Source: a virus (taxonomy: Duplodnaviria; Caudoviricetes). Taken from it: DNA of 64,000 nucleotides. A program made the position numbers and the translations under genes. The notes under the pieces are model-generated. The model was given only the letters and a program-made list of their open reading frames with translations. It ran no database searches and was not told the DNA's origin. This document shows, piece by piece, positions 59,344 through 64,000 of this stretch. Position 1 is the stretch's first letter. The number at the start of each line of letters is the position of its first letter. The stretch spans positions 1 through 64,000 of IMG/VR virus record IMGVR_UViG_3300033067_000589. One strand, given 5' to 3'.

Positions 59344-59978
59344 TGAAAACCAACGAACAGGTTTATAGAGAGATTGAACAATATAGAGATACAGTAAACT
59401 TCCCCTATTTTAACGAGGAAGTTGTAGCCGATTTCTTTCACAATAAATACCTGTCGTACATTAATTCGATTGTTATGCAAGGGGAGAGTGAGATGATTCG
59501 CTCAAGAATCTCTCCCCTTATATACACTCAGGAGTTAGATGGAGTAAAATCATTTTTTACAACGGAGATAGAGCATAGTGTATTTTTAATAAGAAATATA
59601 CTTGCCAATATGGAATTTGAGTGTAGAGGATTGAAAAGGATTATAACAAGACCAGTACTTCCAGTTACGGATGATGCTATTGGTTTTGTGCTAGATGATC
59701 CATTTTCTACTCCTGATGATTACTTTCCATTATACATGGAGACAAGTTCTGGGCTTGAAGGACATAGAATGATAACTATTCATTCAAAGACCACACCAAA
59801 AGGTATTATCTTTACCTATGTTAAGATGCCAAAAAAGATAGACTTTATAGGAGACCCTGATGGCTATATGGAAGTCAATGAGATGGCGCAAAAGGAGATA
59901 ATAAAGAGCGTTGTATCGGAGCTGTCTGCGATTATACCTGATGCAAGATACAATGGTCTAAAGAACGAGCAAATTTAA
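59343..59978 (+). CDS. Head-tail ring/adaptor protein
   Basis: 211 aa; 'DDPF..PD..FP.Y' and 'Y.K.PK' motifs; synteny. Confidence 0.6.
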   Translation: MKTNEQVYREIEQYRDTVNFPYFNEEVVADFFHNKYLSYINSIVMQGESEMIRSRISPLIYTQELDGVKSFFTTEIEHSVFLIRNILANMEFECRGLKRIITRPVLPVTDDAIGFVLDDPFSTPDDYFPLYMETSSGLEGHRMITIHSKTTPKGIIFTYVKMPKKIDFIGDPDGYMEVNEMAQKEIIKSVVSELSAIIPDARYNGLKNEQI

Positions 59979-59991
59979 AATTCATATATAT

Positions 59992-60936
59992 ATGTTGATG
60001 AAAGGTTATAACAACAGTGATGCAGCTAGAGCACAAGGTAGCATTGTGAATAATTCACAAATGTACACCTACGCTCCATGTTACACAATGGAGAAACCTA
60101 ATTATTTTGTTATGCTAGGTAAAGGCGATAATAGCGCACTTACATTAGCCAACAGTTTAATTAAGGCGACTGGTTGTACATCACAAGGAAAGGCACTTGA
60201 GATTGCTTTCAAGTCTATTCAAAGTAACGTGCAAGTTTTATCTAGCACAGAGGCAGCAAAGCAAAAGGTAACATTCACAGTTGATAAAACAAAGATTGAT
60301 TGTAATGCTAAGTTAATCGGTTTTACAATCGAGAAACGCCAAAACGATTGTTCTGCTGATGCAAATGTTTACAATGTATATGTTCCACTTGTAAAAACTT
60401 GTGAAGACGATACACAAACAAATGCAACGCTTGCTGCCGAACTCGCAGCTAGAGCGGTACAAACGCCTGATTATCCAGTTACAGTAACTGTAAACCCTAG
60501 TAACACAGCTCAGGTTATTGTTGAGGCAAAAACAGCAGGTGAAGGATTTTACGTTCAAGGTTTTGAGAACTTGACGTATGCTCTAGTGACTGCTAACTCT
60601 GCTGAAACTTTGAAGGGTAAAAACTTAGGAGATTTCGGTATTGTGCCTTGTGGTACTGTTGCTGATAATGCTTCGTTGAAGGTTATTTTGCTTCAAATCA
60701 AAGAAGATGTACAGTTGGATATTCACTTCTATGGTGATTCTAATTACTCTTCTGAGTCAGGAAGTTATGTAGGTGCATTGAAAACAGTTGCTTTCATTAG
60801 TGATGGAACTCATGCTGCCAATGTACAATACAACACATTAGCTACTATTCTTGCAGGTGGATTCTCTCCAGCTTCTGAATACTATGCTGTGTCAGATACA
60901 ATTACACCGCTACCTACTACAACAGCAGGAGCGTAA
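59992..60936 (+). CDS. Auxiliary/minor capsid protein (crAss-like), with T/P-rich C-terminal tail
   Basis: 314 aa, highly-expressed codon style, synteny; ends TITPLPTTTAGA. Confidence 0.55.
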   Translation: MLMKGYNNSDAARAQGSIVNNSQMYTYAPCYTMEKPNYFVMLGKGDNSALTLANSLIKATGCTSQGKALEIAFKSIQSNVQVLSSTEAAKQKVTFTVDKTKIDCNAKLIGFTIEKRQNDCSADANVYNVYVPLVKTCEDDTQTNATLAAELAARAVQTPDYPVTVTVNPSNTAQVIVEAKTAGEGFYVQGFENLTYALVTANSAETLKGKNLGDFGIVPCGTVADNASLKVILLQIKEDVQLDIHFYGDSNYSSESGSYVGALKTVAFISDGTHAANVQYNTLATILAGGFSPASEYYAVSDTITPLPTTTAGA

Positions 60937-60970
60937 TTCTTCATATACTTGTGTTGTTTGTTTCAAAATT

Positions 60971-60998
60971 GGGCGAGGATTTCTTCGCCCTTTTTTTG
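60971..60998 (+). terminator. Intrinsic terminator (overlaps a TATTTTTG box at 60999-61006)
   Basis: GGGCGAG...TTCGCCC plus T7. Confidence 0.75.
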
Positions 60999-61023
60999 TA
61001 TTTTTGATTTAAAAGAATGAGTT

Positions 61024-61542
61024 ATGATACGAAGAGATGATGGTAGGATTTCTTATTTAAACACTGAGCAGCGACTTGAAGAGTTAATGTGTCGAATAAC
61101 CAGTAGCTTGATTATAGTAGCTACATTAAAGCAGATTAACGACTCTTGCTCTCCAAATGCTCCTGATGTTTGGTTTCTAAATGAGAAGACTAATAAAGGT
61201 TTCTTTGCTTTCGATAAAGATGATAAAGTATCTCCTGATGATGGCTACGATATATTGGTTGGAAAAGATGGTAGGAGATATAAAAGAGTTGAAGTTGTTG
61301 ATGATTTCTTTGGCTTATTTTATGGTGGCGAATATACTACATCTGCCACTGGGCAAACCGTTGTTGTTATAAGTCATGGAACAGGTATTGACTCAAAAAG
61401 AATATCGGTTGAACCATCAAGTCCAGATGCTGCTGGCTTCTCAATGATCACAACCGATACGGATAACATCTATGTACATTACGATGTTTCTCCTAGACTT
61501 GGAACGAATAATCTAAAATACTACTGGACTATTACACGATAG
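61024..61542 (+). CDS. Small fibre/decoration protein with tailspike N-terminal-like motif
   Basis: G.F.FD......DDG..I.....G.R.KR motif, shared with 39706..40092. Confidence 0.5.
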   Translation: MIRRDDGRISYLNTEQRLEELMCRITSSLIIVATLKQINDSCSPNAPDVWFLNEKTNKGFFAFDKDDKVSPDDGYDILVGKDGRRYKRVEVVDDFFGLFYGGEYTTSATGQTVVVISHGTGIDSKRISVEPSSPDAAGFSMITTDTDNIYVHYDVSPRLGTNNLKYYWTITR

Positions 61543-61960
61543 ATGAGTCTATATATTCCAGAGCTTCTTCTTCTGTCTTGAATACATAGAAACCTACGTG
61601 TAACTTTCCCTTCATGTGAGGAATGAAGTCGCCTAGCCACAGCACTGTATTTACGTCATCGACTTCTGTAACAAAAGTCCAATCTTCATAGTGTTGCGTG
61701 ATGTACCTTTCTCTATCTATCTCTTCTGCAAAGGATAATTCCCTAACTGAGCCATCGCCATATATTGACGCTTTATATGCCATCAATGGTTTTCTTTGAT
61801 AATAGTTTGGATCATACTTAGCTATATGTCTTTGCATTTCTGTTTGACGTGTAAACTCTTTTGCATAGTTATACGCTAGATACACGTGCTCTGAAACTTC
61901 AAACTTGTCAGACTTATTGGCTATGATAATTTTTAAAAACTCTAATGCTAATTCTTCCAT
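61532..61960 (-). CDS. Hypothetical protein
   Basis: 142 aa, last gene of the minus-strand operon. Confidence 0.6.
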   Translation of the reverse strand: MEELALEFLKIIIANKSDKFEVSEHVYLAYNYAKEFTRQTEMQRHIAKYDPNYYQRKPLMAYKASIYGDGSVRELSFAEEIDRERYITQHYEDWTFVTEVDDVNTVLWLGDFIPHMKGKLHVGFYVFKTEEEALEYIDSSIV

Positions 61961-61980
61961 ACTTGTGTTTGTTTAATAAA

Positions 61981-62166
61981 TTAATTATTTTTTGTGTAAG
62001 GATTTAACTCCCAAGACATATCGTTGTAATCAATTCCCTTTTCATATCCAATTTGAATCTTCTTTTTTTCGAGTAATTCTTGGTGATCAATATCTAAATC
62101 ATTACTTATTGATAAGAGATAAATTACTGCACCTGTAATGTGGTTGTAAAGTCTGTAATGTGTCAT
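61981..62166 (-). CDS. Hypothetical protein
   Basis: 61 aa ORF. Confidence 0.55.
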   Translation of the reverse strand: MTHYRLYNHITGAVIYLLSISNDLDIDHQELLEKKKIQIGYEKGIDYNDMSWELNPYTKNN

Positions 62167-62185
62167 TTTGATTTCATTTAATTGT

Positions 62186-62428
62186 TTAATATTCTACTTT
62201 TGATTTCCAGCAATTACAATCAATACATTTTTTAGTTACCCTATCTGACTTACACATTACTATATCCACTTCAAGGTATATCTTCTCTTTTATTAACTTG
62301 TGATAGTCCATATAGGCACGATACGCAATAATATCCGTGAGGTCTAATTCTGGGAACTTTTCCTTTAATGTAGCTAGGGATTTGTTTACCCTAGCTAGTT
62401 TTTGTTTTTTGCTTTTTGCTTTGCTCAT
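62186..62428 (-). CDS. Small basic protein (likely start MSKAK at 62428), C-terminal Cys cluster
   Basis: SKKQKLARVNK...FPELD; CKS...CIDCNCW. Confidence 0.55.
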   Translation of the reverse strand: MSKAKSKKQKLARVNKSLATLKEKFPELDLTDIIAYRAYMDYHKLIKEKIYLEVDIVMCKSDRVTKKCIDCNCWKSKVEY

Positions 62429-62564
62429 ACATTTTTTCTTTAAATTTACAGCTACCAACGTAGCTCAAGAATGAACCATCTTCTTTATGGTCGATGTCAG
62501 GAAACTGTGAATCTATTTGGGCTAGGATTTTATCAACCCTAGCCGGTTTTTGTTTTTTACTCAT
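62391..62564 (-). CDS. 57-aa protein, paralogue of 62186..62428 (not in ORF track)
   Basis: MSKKQKPARVDKILAQIDSQFPDID...; ATGA-coupled to 62561..63031. Confidence 0.6.
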   Translation of the reverse strand: MSKKQKPARVDKILAQIDSQFPDIDHKEDGSFLSYVGSCKFKEKMYEQSKKQKTKTS

Positions 62565-63031
62565 GTTGGTTTGATAATAAATTCACTTACAGAGACGTGT
62601 GTTAAAAGGTCTATACCCCTATTTACCCTATATGTTTCTAGCAATGCAACAAAAGTACCTATCTCTTCAAGTGGAAAAGCAACCGAGTGTCCTAAATCTA
62701 AATTGCTTACCATATCCCAGATGTACGCCTTAAAAGTATTGTGGTGCTTGTCTTTATACTTTTGAGCAGCTTTGACAATTATTTCCGGTAAATCACCAGA
62801 CATATCGAACTCAACCATGATGTATTGGTCATCAATATCGTAAATAGATACACCATTATCAATGAAGAATAACCTATCAAACTTGTCAAGGTTACTAACT
62901 ATGACATTGGCTTTGTTTTTTACAATCTCAATCGAGCGTTGAGAATTACCGTGCTTACCTTCTATAATCAAATCCCATTGCTTGAGAATGTCATAGATAA
63001 TTGTTTGTGCGAATAGTTCGTGATACTGCAT
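62561..63031 (-). CDS. Hypothetical protein
   Basis: 156 aa ORF in operon. Confidence 0.6.
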   Translation of the reverse strand: MQYHELFAQTIIYDILKQWDLIIEGKHGNSQRSIEIVKNKANVIVSNLDKFDRLFFIDNGVSIYDIDDQYIMVEFDMSGDLPEIIVKAAQKYKDKHHNTFKAYIWDMVSNLDLGHSVAFPLEEIGTFVALLETYRVNRGIDLLTHVSVSEFIIKPT

Positions 63032-63043
63032 AGGCGACTTGTT

Positions 63044-63871
63044 TTAGATTACTAATTGATTACATTGATTAAAAACTTTTCTATCTACTCTATACTCCAC
63101 ATAAGAGTCTGGTGTTACATTTACAATAATAGCACCTAGTATTGGAAATTCATAATTTGTCATCTCCGATATTAGTCTTGCATATAAACCTAGTTGAACC
63201 GAATACTCACCATGGGCTGTGTCTAATAAGTAATCAAATGGTTTGTACATCAAATCACTAAACCTAGTTACCTCAAACTTATCTGGTTTGTTTGTCTTCC
63301 AGTCGGTAATAACAAGTCCAGTATTGCCATCTTTACCTTGCATGACCCATAGCTTATCTAACTGACCAAACATACCTATTTGCAAAGAACCCATCTCAAT
63401 TTCAGTTCCAATAAGATATGCTCCTCTATCAATCATAGTACGCACCCATTGTTTACCTTGCTCTATCATTGCATCGGCTTCCAGTTGATACATATCTACA
63501 TTTTCAAAGATTGGCTGCCTTACATCGGACTTGTGTGAGTATATTTCATTAAGGTACTTTTCTAGGTGATAATGAACATAACTTCCTTTATGTGCTTGAA
63601 GTGTACCATTCGCAGCCCATTCTGCCATGAGTGCTTCGGCAAGAACCCTATCGCCCTTACACTTCCTGAGAGAGATGGTTTCTGCATCAAACTGCTTCTT
63701 GTATCTCTTGTAAACCTTAGACACACTGGGCAAGTCGGTAATGACCTGCCCAGTTGTTTTATTTAGTATAGAATACTTGTGTGTCTCTTCTTCAAATGTG
63801 AGTTGATTATCTTGTCTATACTTATCTATCAGTTGCCTGATGTAGTGCGCTGTACTTCCTTTATATTCCAT
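63044..63871 (-). CDS. PD-(D/E)xK (Cas4/lambda-exo-like) exonuclease
   Basis: FEEETHKY, PSVS, GS.VH..LE, GQLDKL, ITDWKTN, Y..QL..YA motifs. Confidence 0.85.
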   Translation of the reverse strand: MEYKGSTAHYIRQLIDKYRQDNQLTFEEETHKYSILNKTTGQVITDLPSVSKVYKRYKKQFDAETISLRKCKGDRVLAEALMAEWAANGTLQAHKGSYVHYHLEKYLNEIYSHKSDVRQPIFENVDMYQLEADAMIEQGKQWVRTMIDRGAYLIGTEIEMGSLQIGMFGQLDKLWVMQGKDGNTGLVITDWKTNKPDKFEVTRFSDLMYKPFDYLLDTAHGEYSVQLGLYARLISEMTNYEFPILGAIIVNVTPDSYVEYRVDRKVFNQCNQLVI

Positions 63872-63999
63872 ACTTGATAATTAGTTTCTCTAAATCCTTA
63901 TTAAACTTGATGACTGTCTTTGAGTCCATCTCATTGATACGTAATCCTAGCGCATAGAACATATCTGCGTAATCACTAATCTTGATGAACTGGTCAAGG
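63861..63999 (-). CDS. 3' end of a gene truncated by the window edge
   Basis: ...LDQFIKISDYADMFYALGLRINEMDSK...KYGI* overlaps the nuclease start. Confidence 0.55.
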   Translation of the reverse strand, partial: LDQFIKISDYADMFYALGLRINEMDSKTVIKFNKDLEKLIIKYGI

Positions 64000-64000
64000 G

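Noticed and set aside
63044-63871. Cas4 as part of a CRISPR system
   Set aside because: No array or other cas genes; stand-alone PD-(D/E)xK nucleases are common in phage replication modules.

Overview
A 64-kb internal segment of a large, AT-rich tailed phage genome of crAss-like (Crassvirales-related) type, most likely infecting a Bacteroidota host. Host evidence: TAnnTTTG -7 promoter boxes ahead of many operons, a DUF4494 gene, and A-rich start regions without Shine-Dalgarno motifs. It uses the standard genetic code. The plus strand carries the virion genes: ring and muzzle proteins, three ejection (cargo) proteins up to 2646 aa, tail-fibre/adhesin clusters, portal, scaffold, major capsid and auxiliary capsid proteins. 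The minus strand carries DNA-metabolism and accessory genes (ThyX, MazG-like, DEDDh exonuclease, HNH, patatin, split PAPS-reductase-like, C5 methyltransferase, replication initiator, SF2 helicase, PD-(D/E)xK nuclease) and the terminase large subunit. No tRNA, rRNA, CRISPR array, integrase, reverse transcriptase or DNA polymerase was seen. Main leads: (1) a glycosyltransferase resembling plant protein O-glycosyltransferases (GT96/GT95), translationally coupled to a mucin-like Ser/Thr-rich PKD-domain protein, suggesting a phage-encoded virion O-glycosylation system; (2) attenuator-like leader RNAs with covarying loop-loop pairing ahead of the replication initiator, AntA and Rha genes; (3) near-total loss of CCWGG sites; (4) an orphan CapV-like patatin; (5) a crAss-like virion module with no recognisable virion RNA polymerase motif. 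All family assignments come from motifs recognised by eye, not from database searches.
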